A stretch of 27,565 nucleotides of DNA from Gammaproteobacteria bacterium (GTDB lineage: Bacteria; Pseudomonadota; Gammaproteobacteria; UBA6429; Thiohalophilaceae). A program made the translations under genes and the position numbers. The stretch lies in the NCBI GenBank assembly GCA_029882235.1, contig JAOULB010000001.1, forward strand, positions 1-27,565, given 5' to 3'. Under the pieces are notes generated by a model. The model did no database searches. It worked only from the letters and a program-made list of their open reading frames with translations, and had not been told where the DNA came from. Shown here in pieces: positions 1-7,894 of this stretch (within the stretch, counting starts at the first letter, position 1; every line of letters begins with the position of its first letter).

Positions 1-71
1 CCTCCGCTGTTGCATGATGATATTAATAAACATGTAACTACTAAAGTGATGATCTGTAATTTTGCATGCAT
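1..71 (-). CDS. 5' end of a probable lipoprotein, running off the window edge
   Basis: Manual translation of the minus strand from ATG at 71 gives MHAKLQIITLVVTCLLISSCNSG. This has a basic N-terminus, a hydrophobic core and lipobox I-S-S-C. SD AAGGAG lies at 85-80. Not in the ORF track because it is truncated. Confidence 0.75.
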   Translation of the reverse strand, partial: MHAKLQIITLVVTCLLISSCNSG

Positions 72-109
72 AGTTATTGCTCCTTTGTGTTAGCTCCTGG
101 ATCAGAATA

Positions 110-125
110 GATGATATCTATCACA
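110..125. promoter_or_regulatory. CRP/FNR-family-like dyad site
   Basis: GATGA-tatcta-TCACA matches TGTGA-N6-TCACA at 8/10. The same bases read ATGAT-N4-ATCAC, 8/10 to the FNR consensus. It lies in the divergent intergenic region. Motif match only. Confidence 0.3.
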
Positions 126-330
126 CAAATATCACAAATTATTACTGTTCATGAAATTTCCGATTCTTACGCTGATGGACCATATCTCAGTATTTCACTT
201 AGTGGCACTACGCTTAGAGCTATTAGGGCGATATAATGTCTCGAATTTTCTATCAATTCAGAGAAAATCTGCGCCGTTCTTTGCGTCACTACGTTATAAT
301 GCTATCCCACATAAGTATTAAAGAATCCCC

Positions 331-831
331 ATGCAGAAAGTCACAATTTTAGTTGATGCCCAGAATGTCTATTACACTACCAAGCAGGCTTATCACTGTG
401 GCTTTGACTACAATCAATTCTGGCAGCAGGTGACGAAAGATAGAAAACTGGTTAAGGCGATCGCGTTTTCATGTGAACGTGGTGATAAAAAGCAGACTGA
501 GTTCCAGAATATCCTCAGGGCCATTGGTTTTGAGGTGAAGCTGAAGTCCTATATTCAACGTAGTGATGGTTCAAGCAAGTGTGACTGGGATGTAGGAATT
601 ACGATCGATGCATTAAAATATGCCGAACAATCTGACATAATTGTGCTGGTATCAGGTGATGGCGATTTTGCCTTATTGGCGGATACATTATGCTCTGACT
701 ATAAGACCTTTGTTGAGGTGTATGGCGTACCAAAATTGACTGCAGCATCGCTCGTTAGATCTGCGTCGAAATTTATTCCCATCGATAATAATTTGTTACT
801 CAAACAGGCAACCAGAAGCAAGAGCAGCTGA
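331..831 (+). CDS. NYN domain protein (LabA/DUF88, PIN-fold nuclease)
   Basis: Motifs ILVDAQN, KCDWDVGITIDA and LVSGDGDF, with the acidic active-site residues present. Confidence 0.9.
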   Translation: MQKVTILVDAQNVYYTTKQAYHCGFDYNQFWQQVTKDRKLVKAIAFSCERGDKKQTEFQNILRAIGFEVKLKSYIQRSDGSSKCDWDVGITIDALKYAEQSDIIVLVSGDGDFALLADTLCSDYKTFVEVYGVPKLTAASLVRSASKFIPIDNNLLLKQATRSKSS

Positions 832-863
832 GCCGCCATTTTTATTTAACGGAGTCTTTAACA

Positions 864-1163
864 TTGAGCACTGATTCAGATAATAATTTCACAAAAGCCA
901 CCGAAAAGTTAAAAAACAAAGGGCAAATCATTAAACATATCGATATTGATATTGCGATTGGAATGTTGACAAAGTATATGAACGAGCAAGATATCATTTC
1001 CCTGGTGTCGGCGCTGGAAACGCTAAAATCAGCTCCACAGAATGAAGATCTCTGGCTTGGAGTGATCAAGGCCTTTGATGAGCTTGGTGTTCTGCAGGGG
1101 GCTGCGTTGACTTATGCGCCTTACCTCAATATTTTTGTTTCTGATGATCCCTTTGGTGATTAA
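864..1163 (+). CDS. Hypothetical protein, 99 aa (start uncertain; internal ATGs possible)
   Basis: The ORF fills the gap between NYN and GNAT. GGAG at 851-854 precedes TTG 864. The C-terminal half (QGAALTYAPYLNIFVSDDPFGD) looks protein-like, but I recognise no family. Confidence 0.65.
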   Translation: MSTDSDNNFTKATEKLKNKGQIIKHIDIDIAIGMLTKYMNEQDIISLVSALETLKSAPQNEDLWLGVIKAFDELGVLQGAALTYAPYLNIFVSDDPFGD

Positions 1164-1171
1164 TTCGCGCC

Positions 1172-2194
1172 ATGAAGTTTGTCTGCTACTCCAACTGGGA
1201 TCAACTTCCCAAAGGTGCTGATACACTGTTTGCGCAGTGTGAGAAACAGAGCCTGTTTTACTCGCGCCCCTGGTTTGAGAATTTAATAACAACACTTGTT
1301 GATGAGGTCATGCTACTGGCCTGTGTCGTGGTCGATAACAAAGTCCTGGCCCTGCTGCCATTAATTCAATCCACCAAGAATAATTTCCTCTCCTTCAAAC
1401 ATCGCTACACCACACACTTTAGTCTGTTACTTACAGAAGATAATCAGGCGCAGATTATAGATTGCCTGGTACAAGGTCTGACGCAACGACCAGTTCGTTC
1501 ATTGCTGCTGGAACCGGTGGCGAACGATGACGCGGCTATCAATCGCCTGCGCACCAGACTTGAACAATCCGGATTTCAGTGTGCAGAATATTTCCGCTTT
1601 TATAACTGGATTTACCGCGTGCAGGGCCAGTCGTTTGCAGACTATATGGCTGCCCGCCCTGCCCGACTGCGTAATACGATCGCACGCAAACAACGAAAAC
1701 TGGAACGAGAACACGGTTATGATATTCGTCTGTATAGTGGCGAGGACGTACCACCGGCCATGGCGGATTATTATGCAGCCTATACCGCCAGCTGGAAGGC
1801 AAATGAACAGTATGTCGGCTTTCTTGATGGTATAGTTACAAACCTGTCGTGCCCGGGTTGGTCGCGCCTTGGCGTGCTTTATGTCCGGGACCAGCCCATT
1901 GCAGCACAGCTGTGGTTTGTCGCTCACGGCAAGGCCAGTATTTTCAGACTGGCCTATGACGAAGCCTGGAAGCCGTATTCACCGGGCTCTATACTAACGA
2001 GCTATCTGATGGAATACGTGATTGATACCGACAGGGTTGAGGAGATCGACTTTCTCACTGGTAACGATGCTTACAAACAGGACTGGATGTCGGATCGGCG
2101 AGAACGCTACGCCCTGAGTTGCGTAAAAAATGGCGCTGCACAAAGCTGGCTGGAAAAATTTAGTCGTTCACTTAAGAACCTGTTGCCAAAATAA
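1172..2194 (+). CDS. GNAT-fold protein, CelD/BcsL-like (Acetyltransf_6)
   Basis: N-terminal FYSRPWF; C-terminal PIAAQLWF, YSPGSILT and IDFLTGNDAYKQDW are typical of CelD-like GNATs. Confidence 0.85.
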   Translation: MKFVCYSNWDQLPKGADTLFAQCEKQSLFYSRPWFENLITTLVDEVMLLACVVVDNKVLALLPLIQSTKNNFLSFKHRYTTHFSLLLTEDNQAQIIDCLVQGLTQRPVRSLLLEPVANDDAAINRLRTRLEQSGFQCAEYFRFYNWIYRVQGQSFADYMAARPARLRNTIARKQRKLEREHGYDIRLYSGEDVPPAMADYYAAYTASWKANEQYVGFLDGIVTNLSCPGWSRLGVLYVRDQPIAAQLWFVAHGKASIFRLAYDEAWKPYSPGSILTSYLMEYVIDTDRVEEIDFLTGNDAYKQDWMSDRRERYALSCVKNGAAQSWLEKFSRSLKNLLPK

Positions 2195-2228
2195 TATCGA
2201 ATCAATTTTTATTTAATGAGGAAATGTA

Positions 2229-2540
2229 ATGAAACAATTCGTATTTGTTTATCTGGGGGGTAATCAACCTTCCAGCCCGGAAGAAGCGAGTAAACATTTT
2301 GAAAAATACATGGGCTGGTTATCATCACTTGGCGATGCTGTTGTGATCCCAACGATTCCTTTAAAAGATACCACGACGGTTAGCCCAGATGGCAAAATTG
2401 CCGAAGGTGGCAGTAGCGCCATGTCCGGCTTTACAATTCTTAAGGCAGATTCAATGGACGCCGCACTGTCGATTGCAAAAGAATGTCCGTTTCTTGAGAT
2501 TGGCGGCTCTCTCGAAGTATCTGAAATGATGCAAATGTAG
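2229..2540 (+). CDS. YciI/DGPF-like protein
   Basis: Pattern SGFTILKADSMDAALSIAKECPFL..GGSLEV, size ~100 aa, SD GAGG upstream. Confidence 0.8.
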   Translation: MKQFVFVYLGGNQPSSPEEASKHFEKYMGWLSSLGDAVVIPTIPLKDTTTVSPDGKIAEGGSSAMSGFTILKADSMDAALSIAKECPFLEIGGSLEVSEMMQM

Positions 2541-2587
2541 TAATTTAACAACAAACCTGATGGCTAATAATAAATTAAGGAAAAAAA

Positions 2588-2905
2588 ATGACTCGTTCAA
2601 TCAAACCTGAAGAGTTTATCAATTTAAAAGATAACACAGCCGCACTGCTCGATATTCGACGAGACGATGATTATAAAAGCTCTAATGAGATCGTCCCCGG
2701 AGCCGTCTGGTACGACCCAACAAAAATTGATGAATGGATGGACGCTGTACCCAAAGAGGGTCAGGTCGTTATTTATTGTGTTCGCGGTGGCGGTGTCAGC
2801 AACAGTGTCGTTGATCGACTACAAGCTGATGGGATTAATGCCCAGTTTATTGAAGGTGGCATTGAAGGACTGAAAGACGCTGGTGGTGAAGTCGTACAAA
2901 AATAA
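2588..2905 (+). CDS. Single-domain rhodanese (sulfurtransferase)
   Basis: LLDIRR, IVPGAVW, active-site loop VIYCVRGGG and IEGGIEG. SD AAGG upstream. Confidence 0.85.
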   Translation: MTRSIKPEEFINLKDNTAALLDIRRDDDYKSSNEIVPGAVWYDPTKIDEWMDAVPKEGQVVIYCVRGGGVSNSVVDRLQADGINAQFIEGGIEGLKDAGGEVVQK

Positions 2906-3053
2906 CAATTTTGTTGCGATCAACTTCGAGCTTTTCTGACCAGGGATGGTGACACCTTCACAAAATTCAACTCAGTTTTAATTTTAAATTAAATAAGCAA
3001 ACAATCATTACGTAAAAGTAACTTCTAATATTATTAATCATTAATATTTAATT

Positions 3054-3068
3054 GTAACAATATGTAAA
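3054..3068 (+). promoter_or_regulatory. Direct repeat GTAAC-N5-GTAAA (OmpR/CpxR-type box) next to a -35 element
   Basis: Two half-sites 10 bp apart, ending 5 bp upstream of TTGACC, inside an AT-rich stretch. Confidence 0.3.
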
Positions 3069-3073
3069 CCAGT

Positions 3074-3102
3074 TTGACCCTCCGATCGCATCAGAGTAGA
3101 TT
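3074..3102 (+). promoter_or_regulatory. Putative sigma70 promoter for the DUF4212-symporter operon
   Basis: TTGACC (3074-3079), 17-nt spacer, TAGATT (3097-3102), preceded by an AT-rich region. Confidence 0.5.
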
Positions 3103-3126
3103 TGAATGGTTTCATACCACAAGGCT

Positions 3127-3152
3127 TGTCGGTTACTGTTGTGATACCGACA
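3127..3152 (+). repeat. Inverted repeat / hairpin in the predicted 5' UTR
   Basis: TGTCGGT (3127-3133) and ACCGACA (3146-3152), with a 12-nt loop that can pair further. Confidence 0.55.
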
Positions 3153-3201
3153 GGTACAGCTATATCCCTGTTAACCTAACAATTTATAAGGGGAGTAAAT
3201 C

Positions 3202-3468
3202 ATGTCTGAGAGTCAACAACGTGAGATGCACTGGCAAAAAACCCGTAGCCTCATGATTATCCACTTGTGTATCTGGTTCTTCTTTTCATTCGTCGTCCAC
3301 TGGTTTGCTAAAGATCTGAACGCCATAAACTTTATTGGTTTTCCTTTAGGGTTTTATATGGCTGCTCAGGGTTCTTTGTTTGCTTTCGTCGTACAGCTTT
3401 TTATCTTCGTGAAGCAACAGGACAAGATTGACCGCGAATTCGGCATGGCCGAAGACGACAACGCATAA
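3202..3468 (+). CDS. DUF4212 small membrane subunit of a solute:sodium symporter
   Basis: Two hydrophobic segments and the motif GFPLGFYMAAQGS. SD AGGGGAG. Directly upstream of the SSS gene. Confidence 0.9.
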   Translation: MSESQQREMHWQKTRSLMIIHLCIWFFFSFVVHWFAKDLNAINFIGFPLGFYMAAQGSLFAFVVQLFIFVKQQDKIDREFGMAEDDNA

Positions 3469-3480
3469 GGGGGCGCGATC

Positions 3481-5310
3481 ATGAGCTTAAAACTTAAAGG
3501 CGATTTTATTGATAATCTGCCGAAGATCTATGGCCTCTATACTGGTGGCTTCCTGATCTTTGTATTACTGATGGCATTACTTGAAAAGAATGGTGTCGGT
3601 GCTGACACTATCGGTATTCTGTTCGTCGGTTTCACTATTGTTATTTACGCCGCCATCGGCTGGTTATCCAGAACCATGCAGGTGGATGCCTACTATGTCG
3701 CAGGACGACAGGTCCCACCCGTTTTTAATGGCATGGCAACGGCCGCTGACTGGATGTCCGGTGCTTCGTTTGTTGCCATGGCCGGTGGTATTTATATGGG
3801 TGGCCACGCCTATCTTGCCTTTGTTGTTGGCTGGACCGGCGGCTATGTTCTGGTTGCTGTTTTGATGGCACCTTACCTGCGTAAGTTTGGTTGTTATACC
3901 GTACCGGATTTTGTCGGCACACGTTATGGTGGCAACACCGCACGCCTGTTAGCCGTACTGGTGCTGGTGATTGCTTCCTTTACTTATGTGACCGCACAGA
4001 TTAATGCAACGGGTACAATCGCCTCGCGTGCATTACAAATTCCATTTGAAATGGGAGTCTGGTTTGGTCTACTCGGTATTCTACTCTGCTCCATGCTCGG
4101 CGGCATGCGCGCGGTAACCTGGACCCAGGTCGCACAATACATTGTCTTGATCATCGCTTACATCGTGCCGGTGATATGGATGTCCAATAAACAGGGCTTC
4201 GGTATCATGCCACAGCTGGCTTATGGTGATGCCGTTGCTCGCATCACTGAACTGGAAGCGACTGTAGGTCTGGGTACACTGGCCAAGGTTGCCGCACCTG
4301 TCGACTTCCCGGGATTGAAGGCACTGGCTACCGCGCATAATGCGCCGGGTGATGGCATGGCGGCATGGAAGTTTGTCACACTGGCTGCGTGTATGATGCT
4401 GGGTACGGCTTCTTTGCCACATATCCTGATGCGTTACTTCACCACAAAGTCAGTCCGTGCTGCACGTAACTCGGTAGCATGGTCACTGTTCTTTATTTTC
4501 CTGCTGTATTTCACCGCACCCGCGCTGGCAACCTTTACCAAGTTGCAGATTCTGGATCCGAGTCTGGCGACCAGTATCATCGGTAAGTCGATCGAAAGCG
4601 TGATGGCGCTGGAATGGATACAGAAGTGGCATGAAGTGAAAATGGTCGCCATCGTCGATGCCAATCGCGACGGTATCCTGCAACTCAATGAGTTCTTTAT
4701 GAGAGCGGATATTGTAGTACTGGCAACGCCGGAAATCGCAGGGCTACCCTATGTCATCTCGGGTCTGGTTGCTGCCGGTGGTATGGCGGCGGCCATGTCG
4801 ACTGCCGACGGTTTGCTGCTGGCGATTGCCAATGCCCTGTCGCATGACCTGTACTACAAAGTGATCGATCCTAAGGCGGAAACCAAAAAACGTCTGATCG
4901 TCGCCCGTGTACTGCTCATTGTAATTGGTGGTCTGGGTGCCTTTGTGGCCAGTATGAAGCTCACCGGTATCCTCGGTGCGGTGGCCTGGGCCTTCTGTTT
5001 CGCCATGTCCGGTCTGTTCTTCCCACTGGTGCTGGGCGTCTGGTGGAAACGGGCTAACCGTGCCGGGGCGATTGCCGGTATGGCTGTCGGTCTGGGTGTC
5101 GGCACCTGGTACCTGTATATGGTTAAATGGGGCGGCATGACGCCCTGGATTGGTCTGGATCACCTGCGCTTTGGTATTGTCGGTGCTTCAGCTAGTCTGA
5201 TTGCCATGGTAGTGGTCTCCTTGATGACCAAGGAACCGGATGCTGAAACACAGGCCATGGTTGATGAAATCCGTATACCGAAAGGTGAAACGGTACTCGG
5301 TAGTCATTAA
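3481..5310 (+). CDS. Sodium:solute symporter (SSS/SLC5), ActP-like; substrate likely a monocarboxylate but not proven
   Basis: YYVAGR, NGMATAADWMS, LRKFGCYTVPDFVGTRY, GTASLPHILMRYFT, Na-site AAAMSTADG, GVWWKRAN; many TM segments. Confidence 0.92.
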   Translation: MSLKLKGDFIDNLPKIYGLYTGGFLIFVLLMALLEKNGVGADTIGILFVGFTIVIYAAIGWLSRTMQVDAYYVAGRQVPPVFNGMATAADWMSGASFVAMAGGIYMGGHAYLAFVVGWTGGYVLVAVLMAPYLRKFGCYTVPDFVGTRYGGNTARLLAVLVLVIASFTYVTAQINATGTIASRALQIPFEMGVWFGLLGILLCSMLGGMRAVTWTQVAQYIVLIIAYIVPVIWMSNKQGFGIMPQLAYGDAVARITELEATVGLGTLAKVAAPVDFPGLKALATAHNAPGDGMAAWKFVTLAACMMLGTASLPHILMRYFTTKSVRAARNSVAWSLFFIFLLYFTAPALATFTKLQILDPSLATSIIGKSIESVMALEWIQKWHEVKMVAIVDANRDGILQLNEFFMRADIVVLATPEIAGLPYVISGLVAAGGMAAAMSTADGLLLAIANALSHDLYYKVIDPKAETKKRLIVARVLLIVIGGLGAFVASMKLTGILGAVAWAFCFAMSGLFFPLVLGVWWKRANRAGAIAGMAVGLGVGTWYLYMVKWGGMTPWIGLDHLRFGIVGASASLIAMVVVSLMTKEPDAETQAMVDEIRIPKGETVLGSH

Positions 5311-5323
5311 ACTGAGCTAAAAC

Positions 5324-5362
5324 AAACCGGGGCGCTAAATAAAATGGCGTCCCGGTTTTTTT
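5324..5362 (+). terminator. Rho-independent terminator, possibly bidirectional
   Basis: AAACCGGGGCGC / GCGTCCCGGTTT stem (12 bp with one G-U pair) and a T7 run at 5356-5362, just after the symporter stop. The left flank is A-rich. Confidence 0.85.
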
Positions 5363-5418
5363 ATTGCTGCATATAACGTTAAAATCAAATCTATAATCAA
5401 ACTGGCTGGATAATAACA

Positions 5419-5775
5419 ATGACTGACGCCTTTCCCATCTGGGTTCTTGCTATCGACTATATTCTCGGTGTGGTGATGTGGACACTGGTTGGACGCTTTG
5501 GCATGCAACTATTTTTACCTAAAGAAAGTACTTTTTTCTTTTCACGCTTTTTTATTCGTGTAACCGATCCATTAATCAAATTATTCAAACCCATTACGCC
5601 AGCATTTCTAGTCGAGGCCATGGTGCCACTCTATGTTGCGTGGTTCTTTTATATTACACGCTTTTATCTTATGCCATGGCTACTCGGTTATTCAGTGATG
5701 GGAATGTTATCCTTCCCACTGGAAAGTGAAATAACTCAGGCAATACGTTACTTATTTGGTTCATCCGCCCCATAA
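5419..5775 (+). CDS. YggT-like small membrane protein
   Basis: Hydrophobic 118 aa. FFIRVTDPLIKLFKPITP resembles the YggT TEP/TDP motif. Confidence 0.65.
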   Translation: MTDAFPIWVLAIDYILGVVMWTLVGRFGMQLFLPKESTFFFSRFFIRVTDPLIKLFKPITPAFLVEAMVPLYVAWFFYITRFYLMPWLLGYSVMGMLSFPLESEITQAIRYLFGSSAP

Positions 5776-5795
5776 ACATCAGCTATGATGATGCT

Positions 5796-7892
5796 ATGCA
5801 GCCCCCAAAACATACACCGCTGATTGCATTACCCACCCTGATCCTGGATCTTGAAACTACCGGACTAGATGTAAAAAATGATCGTGTTATACAGATAGGT
5901 GCCATTAGCACACAGGGCGCCAATCAACATTATTTAGCTGTTATTGATCAACTGATCAACCCCGGCATCGCCATCCCACAAAGTTCAACTGAAATTCATA
6001 ATATCGATGATACCGATGTTGCTCGAGCGCCTTCATTCAAAGATGTTGCTACACACTTAATTGCACAAATGAAAAATCGTGTCATTATTGGTCATCATAT
6101 TGCTTTTGATCTTGCCATTCTAAGACATGAGTTTGCGCGTAATAAACTGGTCTGGCATGAACCCCTCAGTCTTGATGTTGGTATGCTGGCTAGTGCGTTA
6201 CAACCGAATTTACCTGATGTCTCACTCGAAACAGTCACGACTATGCTGGGTGTTCGTATTCGCAATCGACACAGTGCCATGGGTGATTGCAAAGCAGCAA
6301 CAGAATGCTGGCAACACCTGCTGCCCCTCTTACAGAAAAAAAATATTCGCACCCTGGGTGAAGCCATCACACTGGCAAACAGTCGTCATGATTTAATTAC
6401 CCGCCAGATTGAATCTGGCTGGACAGAAGTACCTGCAGGGCTGGTAAAAAAACAATCGAGCAATAGTAAACGCATTGATAGTTATGTGTATGAACACCGC
6501 CTTGCCGATGTAATGACTCAACCACCTGTATTTGTAAATCCCAAAGACAGTTTGCGTCAGGCGACGCAGACCATGAATACCCATAAACTGGGTAGTCTGC
6601 TTGTTGGCACTGCTGACAAACCGCCACTCGGTATTCTGACTGAACGCGATGTTCTAAAACAGGTGGCTGAAAACCAGCATGACCTGGACAACACGCCCAT
6701 TGAGATCATCATGACCAGCCCGGTTGAATCTATGCATCAGGATGAACTGCTCTATCGTGCGCTGGGACGTATGGATCGACTCAACATCGCCCACCTGTGT
6801 GTACACAACGATGCCGGCTTACCAGTGGGCATCATCTCGCAACGTAACCTGCTGCAATATCGTGCGCGTGGGCCCAATATGCTCAGTGATGCCATGGATA
6901 CGGCAAACAGTGTGCACGAACTGGCAAGTGCCTATGGACGTCTTACCGATGTCGCCCGCCAATTACTGGATGAAGAACTGGCTGGCGATGAAATCGCTCA
7001 ACTAATCTCCACAGAGCTACAGGCTCTCACTCATCGTGCGACCGAGCTGGCACTGGCGCGCATGAAAGAACAGGGCAAAGGAGAACCACCTGCCGACTGG
7101 TGTGCACTGGTACTCGGTTCTGCAGGTCGTGGTGAAAGTCTACTCAGCGCCGATCAGGATAATGCCCTGATCCATACCGGCTGCGATGTTGATGATGACT
7201 GGTTTGCGCAGTTTGCTACTTACCTGTCCGAAATACTGGATCAGTCTGGCCTGGCTTTATGTAGCGGTGGCGTGATGGCAATAAATAAACAGTGGCGCGG
7301 AAATCTTGCTGACTGGAACCAGCAACTTTCAAACTGGATTCAACGAGCTCAGCCTGAAGACTTACTCAATGTCGATATTTTTTTCGATTTATTACCCGTA
7401 GCGGGACATCATTCACTGGCAAACGAACTACATCAACAGGCCGTTGCCCTTGCAGAAAAGAACCATCCCTTTATTAATTTACTGGCGCAATCAGTCCTGT
7501 CTGTTGCGCCTCAGTTTGGTTTTATGGGACGACTGAAGCTAAGCGAAGGGCGTATTGATTTAAAACGTCATGGTCTGTTACCGCTGGTCAGTTTTGCACG
7601 CACAGTTGCTCTGCGAATGGGGTCAAATTCAAGATCAACATCACAACGATTACGCGATGCGATTCAAGCCGGGCTTGTTGCAGAAAGTGATGCGGTGCGA
7701 TTAATTGAGCTCGAAAAATTATTGCTGATGCTTATATTGAAACAACAAATAAAGGATCGCAAAGCAGGGCTCGCTGCAGGAACAAAAGTAGCAATTAAAT
7801 TACTAGCAAAACGAGACCAAAAACATTTAAAACATGAGTTGCATCATCTGGATACCATGGTCAATCAGATATTCAGCTTTATTACACATTAA
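5796..7892 (+). CDS. Fusion of DEDDh 3'-5' exonuclease, CBS pair, DUF294 nucleotidyltransferase and DUF294_C
   Basis: ExoI LDLETTGLD, ExoII GHHIAFD, ExoIII HSAMGD. CBS motifs PLGILTERDVL and PVGIISQRNLL. Pol-beta-type LGSAGRGE...DQDN. C-terminal IDLKRHGLLP...STSQRL. Confidence 0.9.
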   Translation: MQPPKHTPLIALPTLILDLETTGLDVKNDRVIQIGAISTQGANQHYLAVIDQLINPGIAIPQSSTEIHNIDDTDVARAPSFKDVATHLIAQMKNRVIIGHHIAFDLAILRHEFARNKLVWHEPLSLDVGMLASALQPNLPDVSLETVTTMLGVRIRNRHSAMGDCKAATECWQHLLPLLQKKNIRTLGEAITLANSRHDLITRQIESGWTEVPAGLVKKQSSNSKRIDSYVYEHRLADVMTQPPVFVNPKDSLRQATQTMNTHKLGSLLVGTADKPPLGILTERDVLKQVAENQHDLDNTPIEIIMTSPVESMHQDELLYRALGRMDRLNIAHLCVHNDAGLPVGIISQRNLLQYRARGPNMLSDAMDTANSVHELASAYGRLTDVARQLLDEELAGDEIAQLISTELQALTHRATELALARMKEQGKGEPPADWCALVLGSAGRGESLLSADQDNALIHTGCDVDDDWFAQFATYLSEILDQSGLALCSGGVMAINKQWRGNLADWNQQLSNWIQRAQPEDLLNVDIFFDLLPVAGHHSLANELHQQAVALAEKNHPFINLLAQSVLSVAPQFGFMGRLKLSEGRIDLKRHGLLPLVSFARTVALRMGSNSRSTSQRLRDAIQAGLVAESDAVRLIELEKLLLMLILKQQIKDRKAGLAAGTKVAIKLLAKRDQKHLKHELHHLDTMVNQIFSFITH

Positions 7893-7894
7893 AG

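Noticed and set aside
281-300. Sigma70 promoter for the NYN gene (TTGCGT...TATAAT)
   Set aside because: The spacing is only 8 nt; only the -10 is credible.
838-914. Possible integron attC sites among the small accessory genes (ATTTAAC at 844-850 and 2543-2549; GTTAAAA near 908)
   Set aside because: The inner L boxes are not complementary, there is no matching R' after the second site, and no integrase or regular cassette spacing is present.
838-2217. Shared 12-mer ATTTTTATTTAA before the SDs at 838-849 and 2205-2216
   Set aside because: Purely A/T and in AT-rich spacers; chance or a generic translational enhancer explains it.
3748-3768. DWMSGAS in the symporter matches the ApbE target motif DxxSGAS
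   Set aside because: It lies in a conserved membrane-embedded SSS segment (usually DWMSAAS), not in an FMN-binding domain.
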